A stretch of DNA of 13,113 nt from Candidatus Methylomirabilia bacterium. Lineage in GTDB: Bacteria > Methylomirabilota > Methylomirabilia > Rokubacteriales > CSP1-6. This document shows, in pieces, positions 1 through 8,081 of the stretch (position 1 is the stretch's first letter; each line of letters opens with the position of its first letter). The DNA lies in NCBI GenBank assembly GCA_041492755.1, contig JBGPXN010000125.1:1-13113 (forward strand). Direction: 5' to 3'. The notes beneath the pieces are model-generated. The model made no database searches. It was not told the DNA's origin and saw only the letters and a program-made list of their open reading frames with translations. A program made the position numbers and the translations under genes.

Positions 1-235
1 CACGGGTGACGGCAAGGCCGACGTCGCCATCCACGACATGCAGACCGGCAACTGGTTCGTCGGCCGCTCCACCGGCTCCTCGTTCGCCATCGAGCAGTGG
101 GCGTCCAACTTCGGCAATCGTGGGCGGGCGGTGGAGGAAGTCTTCGTCGGCGACTTCACGGGTGACGGCAAGGCCGACGTCGCCATCCACGACATGCAGA
201 CCGGCAACTGGTTCGTCGGCCGCTCCACCGGCTCC
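1..235 (+). repeat. Exact 79-bp direct repeat (1-79 = 157-235) within the 156-bp-period coding repeats
   Basis: Direct comparison shows cacgggtgacggcaagg...ctccaccggctcc is identical at both positions. Confidence 0.9.
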
Positions 236-787
236 GGATTCGCGATCGAACCGTGGACGACGGGCTTCGGCAACCGGGGCTCGAGCCTCGAGGAGGTCTT
301 CGCCGCCGATTTCACGGGCGACGGCAAGACCGACGTCGCCATCCACGATCGGCAGACCGGCGACTGGTTCGTCGGTCGGTCGACGGGCTCGAGCTTCGTG
401 ATCGAGTCGTGGGTGCGCAGCTTCGGCAACCGCGGCCCGAGCGTGGAGGAAGTTCTGGTCGGGGACTTCACCGGCGATGGCAAGGCCGACGCCGCGATCC
501 ACGACCGCCAGACCGGCAACTGGTTCGTCGGCCGCTCGACGGGCTCGGCCTTCGCGATCGAGCCGTGGGCGACGAGCTTCGGGAACAGGGGCCCTGACGT
601 GGAAGAGATCTTCATCGGCGACTTCACCGGCGACGGCCTCACCGACGTCGCCATCCACGACAAGGTCACCGGCGACTGGTTCGTCGGCCGCTCCACCGGC
701 GGCGCGTTCGCCATCGAATCCTGGGTCGTCCGCTTCGGCAATCGGGGCGACACGGTCGAAGAAGTCCTGACCGGCTTCCCGCAGTAA
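2..787 (+). CDS. FG-GAP/VCBS-like repeat (beta-propeller) protein, C-terminal part; 5' end lies outside the window
   Basis: The frame is open from base 2 (TGDGKADVAIHD-M...) to TAA at 785-787. Five ~52-aa repeats have the consensus FVGDFTGDGKADVAIHDxQTGxWFVGRSTGSxFAIExWxxxFGNRGxxVEE. The listed ATG at 38 is an internal Met. Confidence 0.85.
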   Translation, partial: TGDGKADVAIHDMQTGNWFVGRSTGSSFAIEQWASNFGNRGRAVEEVFVGDFTGDGKADVAIHDMQTGNWFVGRSTGSGFAIEPWTTGFGNRGSSLEEVFAADFTGDGKTDVAIHDRQTGDWFVGRSTGSSFVIESWVRSFGNRGPSVEEVLVGDFTGDGKADAAIHDRQTGNWFVGRSTGSAFAIEPWATSFGNRGPDVEEIFIGDFTGDGLTDVAIHDKVTGDWFVGRSTGGAFAIESWVVRFGNRGDTVEEVLTGFPQ

Positions 788-909
788 CGCGCCCCTTCTC
801 TTCGCCGCGCCTCTCTCGCGCGCCACGCCCGCGCGCCCGCGCTCGCGAACGCTGTCCGAGCGCCGTCCCCAGCGTGGCGGTCTGTCAATCCCGGGCTCGA
901 TGTCGTCTT

Positions 910-915
910 TACAAT
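910..915 (+). promoter_or_regulatory. Candidate sigma70-type -10 element (TACAAT) for the 1142-aa gene
   Basis: TACAAT lies in an AT-richer intergenic patch of a very GC-rich window. No -35 is recognisable at 16-18 bp spacing. Confidence 0.35.
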
Positions 916-1027
916 GTCCGCTCGGTCGCAAGCTTACATCCGAGATCGGTCCGGCACTGACGTTGCTCTCCCGGCACTGCGGAAAAACTTTTCACATACG
1001 TCCGGTCGATGTTACTCGGATGACGCA

Positions 1028-1035
1028 AGGGGGAG
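1028..1035 (+). promoter_or_regulatory. Shine-Dalgarno-like site (AGGGGGAG) for the ATG at 1039
   Basis: Purine tract just upstream of the ATG that begins a signal-peptide-like N-terminus. Confidence 0.65.
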
Positions 1036-1038
1036 CGC

Positions 1039-4000
1039 ATGCAGCGTTGGACCACCGTCGTCGTGCTGGCGTGGCTGGTCACCGTGAACGGCGTCGCGGT
1101 CGCTGGCGCCCAGGCCCTGGTTCCCGGGGGCCTCACCGCCCTGCCCCCGGTCCAGATCGGCCCGAATCTCGTGTCGAACCCCGGCTTCGAGTCGGTCGGC
1201 GGCAGCACGCCGACCAGCTGGACCGCGGGGGCCGGCTGGAACGCCGACCAGATCACCCGGCGCAACGGCACGTGGAGCTACCGGTTCGGCGGCGGGAGCA
1301 CGAGCGTCACGCAGGCCGTCTCGCTCCGGAAGGGCATCTACAACCTGTCGGGCTGGATCAAGACGCAGGGGCTGGGTGGCAGCAACAGCGGCGTGCGGTT
1401 GACGCTGGACTTTCGCCCGTTCGCGAACGAGTGGAGCCCGTCGGGCCTGTACAGCGGCACCCAGGACTGGACGTTCGTCGAGATCAAGAGCATCGCGGTG
1501 CCGGCCGACCGCACCGCCTTCGTCAAGCTGGAGGCGTTCAACGGGCCGGCCGGAACAGCGTGGTTCGACGACGTCAAGATCGAGGAGCAGCTTGCCGCGC
1601 CCGTCGAGGTCTTCATGCTCTACCCGAACTACCGCGGCATGCTCTTCGACGACCAGTCGCCGACGCTGCGCTTCGACGTGACCATTCGTCCGCCCGGCAA
1701 CGACTTCCCCCGATACACCGTGCGGGGCCGGCTGGCCGACGAGGCCACCGGCGTGGACGTGACGGCCCAGAGCTGGCCGTCCACCGCCCGCTTCACGGCC
1801 ACCCTCGACGGCAGCGGCTTGCAACCCGGGCGCGGGTACCGCGCGGAGTTCAGCCTGATGGATGGCGCCACCGGCGCGGCCGTCTCGACGTATCCCGCGT
1901 ACCGGGTCTCGAGGGTATCGGGGAGCGGGCGGGCGTCGATGAACGTCTCGTTCGACGACAAGAATCGTGTCCTGGTACGCGGCACGCCGCGATTCATTCT
2001 GGGCGTCTACGACTCCGGCCTTGGCTACGGGACCACGGACAGCTTCTGGGAAAACCTCCTGTGGTCACCGACCGGCAACCGGCGGATGGACGGGTTGCGG
2101 ATCAATCTCTACCTGAACTACTGGTACGGCGAGAGCGACGCGACGAGCATGCGCGCGCTGATGGACAACCTCCAGAAGCGCAACGTGATGTGGCTGCAAA
2201 CCGGCAACTGCTTCGCCGACTTCCCGGCCGGCCCCGAGTTCCCCGTCAACACCGACAGTGCGTTCGTGCAGAGCGTGGGCTCCCACCTCGGCAGCTTCGG
2301 GTACTACACCATCGACGAGTGCATCGCGGCCATGCAGCCGGGCGCCTTCAGCCAGTACACGCGGCTGCGCGCGCTCGATCCCGACAGCGCCACCTTCGCC
2401 GCCCTCATCGGGAACAACGAAACCCACCTCTGGCGGGATAGCGCGGACGTGCTGGGCACCGACCCGTATCCGATGTTCGGCCCTGAACCGGGCGGCGGCT
2501 ACAACCACCGGGACGTGGCCGACTGGACGGCGATCGCGCGCGAAGCGGTCCAGGACTCGCGGCCCTTCTTCACGGTGCTGCAGTTCTTCAAGTTCGGGTC
2601 CGCGGCGCGCTGGCCGACGCTGCAAGAAATGCGGAATCACGCCACGATGGCGATCGTCGAAGGCGCCCGCGGGCTGCTGTGGTGGTCCATCGGCAACGGC
2701 GCCGGCGCCCTGGACACGGTGTGCGCGGGCTGGTGCGCCGAGAAGACGGGCTACATGAACAACCTCAAGACCGTGGTCGGCGAAGTCGCCGATCTGGAAG
2801 CCGTGCTGCTCGCCGATGACGCGCCGGCCGCGCTCAGCGGCACGAGCAACGGGAACATCAGGACGAAGGTGAAGCTCTTCGGGGGCAAGGGTTACGTGTT
2901 CGCCTACAACGCGACCAACGCCACCGCGAGCGCCACCTTCACCTGGAACACCGAGCCGGGACGGGTGACCGTGAACTCCGAGAATCGGACGGTGGCCACC
3001 AGCGGCCGGACGCTCTCCGACAGCTTCGGGCCCTACCAGGCCCACGTGTACGTGGTCAGCCGCGCCACCATCGACACGCCGTTCACGCCGAGCCTGGCCG
3101 CGAGCAAGACGGGCAACGGCTCGGGCACGGTCCTGAGTACCACCCCGGGCATCGACTGCGGCAACGACTGCGACCAGGACTATCCGCAGGGAACCCCGGT
3201 GACGCTCATGGCGCGTGCGAGCGGCGGGTCGGTGTTCGCTGGCTGGGGCGGCGCGTGCGCGTTTGCCGGTCTCGGCCCCACCTGCAGCCTCACCGTATCC
3301 GCTGACGTGGCGGTGGCCGCGAGCTTCCGCCCCGCCGGGTTCGACTTCGACGACGACGGGCGCGCCGACGTCGCCATCCACGACGTCACCACCGGCGGCT
3401 GGTGGGTCGGTCTGGCCAGCGGCGCCGGGTTCGCGGTCACCCCGTGGGGCGTGCGATTCGGTGATCGCGGCCAGGCCAACGAGGACGTGTTCGTCGCCGA
3501 CTTCACCGGCGACCGCCGCGCCGACGTCGCGATTTACGACCGGCGCACCGGCGGCTGGTGGGTCGGCCGCTCCACCGGCGCCGGCTTCGCCATCGAGCCG
3601 TGGGCGTCGCACTTCGGCACGCGGCCCGACGTCGAGGACGTGTTCGTCGGCGACTTCACCGGCGACGGCCGTGCGGACGTCGCCATTCACGACCGTGTGT
3701 CGGGCGACTGGTGGGTCGGCCGCTCGACCGGCGCCGGGTTCGCCATCGAGCCGTGGGCGTCACAGTTCGGCACGCGCGGCTCGGACATCGAGGAAATCTT
3801 CGTCGCGGACGTCGACGGCGACGGGCGCATGGACGTCGTCATCCACGACCGCCAGGTCGGCGCATGGTGGGTCGGCCGGTCCACTGGCAGCGGTCTCGTT
3901 CTCGAGCTGTGGGCGACCGGCTTCGGCACCCGCCCTTCGGTGGAGCGCGCGTACGTCGCGGACTTCACCGGCGACGGCCGTGCGGACGTCGCCATCCACG

Positions 4001-4467
4001 ACACGTCCACCGGCCAGTGGTGGGTCGGCCGGTCGACGGGGCGCAGCTTCGGGCTCGAAGCCTGGGCAGCGCAGCTCGGCAACCGCGGTGACCGCGCCGA
4101 GCGGGTGGTGGTCGCGGACTTCACCGGGGACGGCCGCGCCGACGTCGCGATTCACGATCGGGCGTCGGGGACGTGGTGGGTCGGCCGCTCCACCGGCAAC
4201 GGCTTCGCGGTGGAGACGTGGGCCCGCCAGTTCGGCGATCGTGGCGATGCGGTGGAAGAGATCCTGTTTGCCGACTTCACCGGGGATGGGCGGACCGACG
4301 TCGCCATCCACGACCGCGTGTCGGGCTTCTGGTGGGTCGGCCGCTCGACGGGCGACAGCTTCGCGATCGAGGCCTGGGCCTCCCGTTTCGGCGACCGCGG
4401 CGACCTCGTGGAACAGGTGTACGGAGGGCTGGAGCGCTACGGGGTCACGCCGGTCACCGAGCGGTAG
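1039..4467 (+). CDS. Secreted multidomain carbohydrate-active protein: signal peptide + CBM4/9-like + Ig-like + putative glycoside hydrolase TIM barrel + beta-sandwich + divergent InlB B-repeat-like domain + 7 FG-GAP/VCBS-like repeats
   Basis: SD site and hydrophobic N-terminus ending AGAQA. NLVSNPGFES...WFDDVKIEE (nt ~1165-1587) is the typical CBM4/9 signature. Barrel-like motifs are FILGVY, GYYTIDE, DVLGTDPYP, RPFFTVLQ and EGARGLLWW. KTGNGSGTV..PGIDCG..C...Y..GT.VTL.A....SVFAGWGGAC.....C (nt ~3094-3327) is the B-repeat-like domain. Seven DxxxDxRxD repeats span nt ~3343-4428. Confidence 0.85.
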   Translation: MQRWTTVVVLAWLVTVNGVAVAGAQALVPGGLTALPPVQIGPNLVSNPGFESVGGSTPTSWTAGAGWNADQITRRNGTWSYRFGGGSTSVTQAVSLRKGIYNLSGWIKTQGLGGSNSGVRLTLDFRPFANEWSPSGLYSGTQDWTFVEIKSIAVPADRTAFVKLEAFNGPAGTAWFDDVKIEEQLAAPVEVFMLYPNYRGMLFDDQSPTLRFDVTIRPPGNDFPRYTVRGRLADEATGVDVTAQSWPSTARFTATLDGSGLQPGRGYRAEFSLMDGATGAAVSTYPAYRVSRVSGSGRASMNVSFDDKNRVLVRGTPRFILGVYDSGLGYGTTDSFWENLLWSPTGNRRMDGLRINLYLNYWYGESDATSMRALMDNLQKRNVMWLQTGNCFADFPAGPEFPVNTDSAFVQSVGSHLGSFGYYTIDECIAAMQPGAFSQYTRLRALDPDSATFAALIGNNETHLWRDSADVLGTDPYPMFGPEPGGGYNHRDVADWTAIAREAVQDSRPFFTVLQFFKFGSAARWPTLQEMRNHATMAIVEGARGLLWWSIGNGAGALDTVCAGWCAEKTGYMNNLKTVVGEVADLEAVLLADDAPAALSGTSNGNIRTKVKLFGGKGYVFAYNATNATASATFTWNTEPGRVTVNSENRTVATSGRTLSDSFGPYQAHVYVVSRATIDTPFTPSLAASKTGNGSGTVLSTTPGIDCGNDCDQDYPQGTPVTLMARASGGSVFAGWGGACAFAGLGPTCSLTVSADVAVAASFRPAGFDFDDDGRADVAIHDVTTGGWWVGLASGAGFAVTPWGVRFGDRGQANEDVFVADFTGDRRADVAIYDRRTGGWWVGRSTGAGFAIEPWASHFGTRPDVEDVFVGDFTGDGRADVAIHDRVSGDWWVGRSTGAGFAIEPWASQFGTRGSDIEEIFVADVDGDGRMDVVIHDRQVGAWWVGRSTGSGLVLELWATGFGTRPSVERAYVADFTGDGRADVAIHDTSTGQWWVGRSTGRSFGLEAWAAQLGNRGDRAERVVVADFTGDGRADVAIHDRASGTWWVGRSTGNGFAVETWARQFGDRGDAVEEILFADFTGDGRTDVAIHDRVSGFWWVGRSTGDSFAIEAWASRFGDRGDLVEQVYGGLERYGVTPVTER
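3343..4428 (+). repeat. Seven ~51-52-aa FG-GAP/VCBS-like coding repeats (predicted 7-bladed beta-propeller)
   Basis: Cores are DFDDDGRAD, DFTGDRRAD, DFTGDGRAD, DVDGDGRMD, DFTGDGRAD, DFTGDGRAD and DFTGDGRTD, each followed by WWVG. The terminal EQVYGG strand could close blade 1. Confidence 0.9.
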
Positions 4468-5594
4468 ACGGCGGCGGTCTGGCGCGCGCAGCGGTCCCAG
4501 GAAAACGACGCCGCGCGGGCCAGGCCGCGGCCCGAGAGGTCGGCGCGCAGGGCCGCGTCGGTCAGCACGCGAGCCAGGGTGTCGCGGATAGCGTCGACGT
4601 CTTCGGGGGCGACGAGCACCGCGGCGTCGCCGGTCACCTCGGGCAGCGAGGCGACGTTGGACGCGATGACCGGCGCCCCGCACGCCATCGCCTCCAGCAC
4701 GGGCAGGCCGAAGCCCTCGTACAGCGAGGGGTAGACGAAGACGTCGGCGAGCGAGTACAGCGCGGCCACGTCATCGCCCGCGACGTAGCCGGCGAAGCAC
4801 ACCGCCGGGGCCAGCCCGAGCTTCTCCACGTGCGCGTGCACGGAATCGTTCAGCCACCCCGAGGCGCCGGCGACGACGAGTCCCACCTCACGGCGCAGGC
4901 TCTCGTTCAGCGCCGCGTACGCCTCGAGCAGGCGGAGCAGGTTCTTGCGCGGCTCGAGCGCCCCGAGATAGAGCGCGAAGCGCTCGGGCAGTCGGTAGCG
5001 CCGGCGGACCGCGTCGCGCCGGGCGGGGTCCGTGACGGGCCTCAATGCCGGGTCGGCGGCCAGCGGGGTGACGACGATCCGCTCGGCCGGCGCGCCCAGA
5101 CGCTCGACGAGATCGCGACGGGTATGCTCGGAAATCGCGATGATCGCGTCGGCCCGCTCGATCGCGGCCCGCGTCCCGGCCAGGCAGTGCCGGACGTTCT
5201 CCGGGAGGTGGAACTCCGGATGGGTGACGAAGCTCAGGTCGTAGATGGTCACCACCAGCCGCGTGCGACGGCGAAGCCGCGGCACGCAGAACGTCGTGCT
5301 GTGGACGACGTCGACCGGGCCGAGGGCAAGCGTCTTCAACCAGCCGGGCGTCCGCGCGGACCACAGCGCCCGCACCAGCGGGGCCGGCCATCGGCGGAAA
5401 GCGACGCGCACGTTCGGCGCCGTGGCGAACTCCGCGCGCGCGTACTCGGGGTGGACGATGTGATAGAAGACCGGGTACAGCCGGTACGACGTCGAGGGAT
5501 CGACGGCCGGCAGCGCCCGCGCGAGCTGCCAGGCGTACTGGCCGCCGCCCGCACGCTCTCCCGGCACGAGGCTGACGTCCAGGCCGATTTTCAT
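4437..5594 (-). CDS. Glycosyltransferase family 4 (GT-B; WbdB/MtfB mannosyltransferase-like)
   Basis: Start re-assigned to ATG at 5594 (MKIGLDVS), which has a GAGGGAG SD and an ATGA overlap with the GT2 stop. Motifs: VVTIYDL, AISEHT, LGALEPRKN, YPSLYEGFGLPVLEAMACG, FSWDRCA. Donor sugar is not determinable. Confidence 0.93.
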   Translation of the reverse strand: MKIGLDVSLVPGERAGGGQYAWQLARALPAVDPSTSYRLYPVFYHIVHPEYARAEFATAPNVRVAFRRWPAPLVRALWSARTPGWLKTLALGPVDVVHSTTFCVPRLRRRTRLVVTIYDLSFVTHPEFHLPENVRHCLAGTRAAIERADAIIAISEHTRRDLVERLGAPAERIVVTPLAADPALRPVTDPARRDAVRRRYRLPERFALYLGALEPRKNLLRLLEAYAALNESLRREVGLVVAGASGWLNDSVHAHVEKLGLAPAVCFAGYVAGDDVAALYSLADVFVYPSLYEGFGLPVLEAMACGAPVIASNVASLPEVTGDAAVLVAPEDVDAIRDTLARVLTDAALRADLSGRGLARAASFSWDRCARQTAAVYRSVTGVTP

Positions 5595-6484
5595 CGCGGC
5601 CGCTCCCTCAACCGCCGGAGCCCCCCGCGGAGCCAGCCGCCCCAGCGCTTCCACTCCGAATGCGGCACCCGCGCGTTGTAGCGCAGGAAGGTCACCAGGC
5701 TGATCCCGATCAGTCGAGCGATGAAGACCGCGTCACGGTGCGCGCGCGTCCTGTCCCGCGGCCCCAGCACGGCATGCGCGTAGGCGTAGACCCAGCTCGG
5801 CGGCACGTGGCCGAAGTGCCGGTACACCGTCTGGAGGATCTCCGCGTGCATCTGCGCCCGTTGCCCGAGCGTCTTCGTCTCGGCGTGCAGACGGGTCGTC
5901 GCCTGGTAGCGCGGAAGGAAGTAGAGGCTGCCCACCCGGGCCAGGCGGATCCAGAGGTCGTAGTCCATGCAGTATCGGTGCGTCTCGTCGATGTAGTTCA
6001 CCTGCTGGACGGCGCGGTGGCGCAGGAAGACGGTCGGCTGGCAGATGAAGCAGGTCTCGGCCAGTCGGTGCATGTCGAAGGGCTCGGTCGGGTAGCGCTC
6101 GATGACCTGTCCCGCCTCGTCCGTGTGATACCCCTCGCCGTACACGGCCGCCGCCTCCGGATGCGCCTGCAGGGCCGCCACCGCCGCCGTCACGGCGCCC
6201 GGCAGATAGGTATCGTCCGAGTTCAGGTACGCGAGGATCTCGCCCCGCGCGCGGCGCCAGCCCTTGTTGATGGCATCGCTCTGTCCGCGGTCGGGCTCCG
6301 AGACCCAGCTCACGCGGTCGCCATACGACTCGAGGATCGACACGGTCTCGTCGCTCGAGCCGCCGTCGATGACGAGGTACTCGACGTGCGGATAGTCCTG
6401 ACCCAGCACGCTCTCGATGGTGTCCCGGATGAACCGCCCCTGGTTGAAGGACGGCGTGACCACGGTGACGAGCGGCTGGCTCAC
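5591..6484 (-). CDS. Glycosyltransferase family 2 (GT-A)
   Basis: Motifs VTVVTPSFNQ, IDGGSSD, EPDRGQSDAINKG, YLNSDD, ICQP and MDYDLW. Basic Trp-rich amphipathic C-terminus. GTGA start/stop overlap at 6481-6484. Confidence 0.93.
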   Translation of the reverse strand: MSQPLVTVVTPSFNQGRFIRDTIESVLGQDYPHVEYLVIDGGSSDETVSILESYGDRVSWVSEPDRGQSDAINKGWRRARGEILAYLNSDDTYLPGAVTAAVAALQAHPEAAAVYGEGYHTDEAGQVIERYPTEPFDMHRLAETCFICQPTVFLRHRAVQQVNYIDETHRYCMDYDLWIRLARVGSLYFLPRYQATTRLHAETKTLGQRAQMHAEILQTVYRHFGHVPPSWVYAYAHAVLGPRDRTRAHRDAVFIARLIGISLVTFLRYNARVPHSEWKRWGGWLRGGLRRLRERPR

Positions 6485-8079
6485 GCCGGGCCGAGCACGC
6501 AGGCGACTTGCCGGCCGTCCGGCGTCCGGCCGCAGACCGCCGAGAGCCGGACGCTCAGCTCGCGGCCGTCCGGGGACGTGCCATGGCGATCCGGACGAAA
6601 TGTCTTGCGCGGGGAGAGGCGGATCCGCCAGATGCCGGGCTGGCCTCCCGGCCGTTTCACCGTGAACGCGAAGGGGCCCGGGCAGCCGAGCCGGATCACG
6701 AGCGGTTCGCCGTCACCGGCGCGCACGACCAGCTCTTGCGGCACGATGGGCGCGAGCGCGGGCAGATCCCCACGGACCTCCACGGAATCGATCTCGTCGC
6801 CCTGCACGGACAGCACCGCCTCGACCCCCATCCACGCGTCGGCGTAGACGCCGTCCACGTCGATGGCGAGCGCCGATGCGCGCCCCGCGGCCCGGGTGCG
6901 CTCGAACACGTCGAGCGTGCGGGCGGCCATCGTCGACCGGGAGAAGCGACGCGCCCGCGCGCGACCGCGCTCGACCAGATCCCGCGCGCGTTGCGGATCA
7001 CGAACCACGTCGGCGAGCGCCCGCGCGAGGTCGGCGGGATCCATCGGGTCGAAGAGGCGCGCGGCGTCACCCGCGACCTCGGGCAGGCTGGTCGCGTTCG
7101 CGGCCACGATCGGACAGCCGGCCAGCATCGCCTCCACGAGCGGAATCCCGAATCCCTCGAACAGCGACGGAAAGACCAGACAGGCGGCGCCGGCGTAGAG
7201 CGCGGGAAGATCGGTGCGCGGGACGTGCCCCAGCATCCGGAGCCGGGTTCCCAGCCCGACGCGTCCCGCCGCTTCCTCGAGGGCCGGCTGGCCTTCCTTG
7301 CCGACGCCGGTCAGGACCAGCGCGAGATCGTCGCCGTGCGCGGCCCGGTAGACGGCGAGCCCTTCGATCAGCCGGACGTGGTTCTTGTGCCGCCACGTGT
7401 TGGCCGGATAGAAAGCGTAGCGGGCCGGCAGCCCGTAGGCCGCCCGGACACGCTCGACCTCACCGGTGCCCGCCGCCCAGTCGAGATCGGCGCCGGCGGC
7501 AAGGGCGATGGCGGTCACGCGCTCGGGCGGGACGCCATAGGCGTCGATCACCGAGCGTCGCGTGAACTCCGAGATGGCCACGATGTGATCGGCGCCGCGG
7601 CACGACGCCGGATAGAAGGCGTTTCGGTGCCGCAGCTCGTCGGCGTCGAAGAACTCGGGATAGCGCTCGTGCTGGAGGTCGTACACGGTGATCACGCTCG
7701 GCACGCCCGGCCGCCGGGGGTCGAGGTCGGTGAACGGACAAAACCAGAGATCGATCCGCTCGCGCTCGATGACCTCCGCCAGCGTGTGGACAACCCGGCG
7801 CTTCCAGGCCACGCGGAGTCGATCCACCACCGGCACCCGGCGCAGGACACCGGCAGCACGCTGGAGCAGGCCGGGCGCACGGCCGGCGGCCGCGCCCACG
7901 CACACGCGCCGCACGCGCGGCCCATCGGCGGGCAGCGTGTCGTGGTTTTCGGGCGCGGTCACGAGCACGTACTCGTGCTCATCGCGCGCGAGCAGCCCGG
8001 TGAGGAGATCGCGGAAGTAGACCTCGGCGCCGCCCATGTGACCGGGCCGCAGCGGAATGAGGTTCATGCCAATCCGCAT
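6481..8079 (-). CDS. Glycosyltransferase family 4 with an extra C-terminal ~125-aa beta-sandwich domain (532 aa)
   Basis: True start is inferred at ATG 8079 (MRIGMNLIPLRPGHMGGAE), 2 nt after the methyltransferase stop. Motifs: ITVYDLQH, AISEFT, YPANTWRHKNH, FPSLFEGFGIPLVEAM. The extension runs DGVYADAWMG...DGRELSVRL. Confidence 0.9.
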   Translation of the reverse strand: MRIGMNLIPLRPGHMGGAEVYFRDLLTGLLARDEHEYVLVTAPENHDTLPADGPRVRRVCVGAAAGRAPGLLQRAAGVLRRVPVVDRLRVAWKRRVVHTLAEVIERERIDLWFCPFTDLDPRRPGVPSVITVYDLQHERYPEFFDADELRHRNAFYPASCRGADHIVAISEFTRRSVIDAYGVPPERVTAIALAAGADLDWAAGTGEVERVRAAYGLPARYAFYPANTWRHKNHVRLIEGLAVYRAAHGDDLALVLTGVGKEGQPALEEAAGRVGLGTRLRMLGHVPRTDLPALYAGAACLVFPSLFEGFGIPLVEAMLAGCPIVAANATSLPEVAGDAARLFDPMDPADLARALADVVRDPQRARDLVERGRARARRFSRSTMAARTLDVFERTRAAGRASALAIDVDGVYADAWMGVEAVLSVQGDEIDSVEVRGDLPALAPIVPQELVVRAGDGEPLVIRLGCPGPFAFTVKRPGGQPGIWRIRLSPRKTFRPDRHGTSPDGRELSVRLSAVCGRTPDGRQVACVLGPA

Positions 8080-8081
8080 GG

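Noticed and set aside
788..880. Intrinsic terminator after the first gene
   Set aside because: C-rich low-complexity tract without a convincing hairpin plus U-run. A Rho site cannot be supported from sequence alone.
883..888. Perfect TTGACA on the minus strand as an antisense promoter
   Set aside because: No -10-like hexamer lies 16-18 bp downstream; that sequence is nearly all G/C.
1019..1030. GACGCAAG resembling part of a c-di-GMP-I riboswitch
   Set aside because: The matching GGCAAA/GNRA stem and downstream P3 are missing, and the motif runs directly into the RBS.
1039..3330. Several N-x-S/T sequons (NGT, NLS, NVS, NET, NAT x2, NRT, NGS) as evidence of N-glycosylation by the GT-C-like protein
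   Set aside because: Not clearly above chance for an Asn/Ser/Thr-rich secreted protein, and no WWDxG oligosaccharyltransferase motif is visible in the available part of the membrane protein.
1..4428. Repeat pairs as DGR template/variable regions
   Set aside because: No reverse transcriptase in the window, differences are not adenine-specific, and all copies are coding blades.
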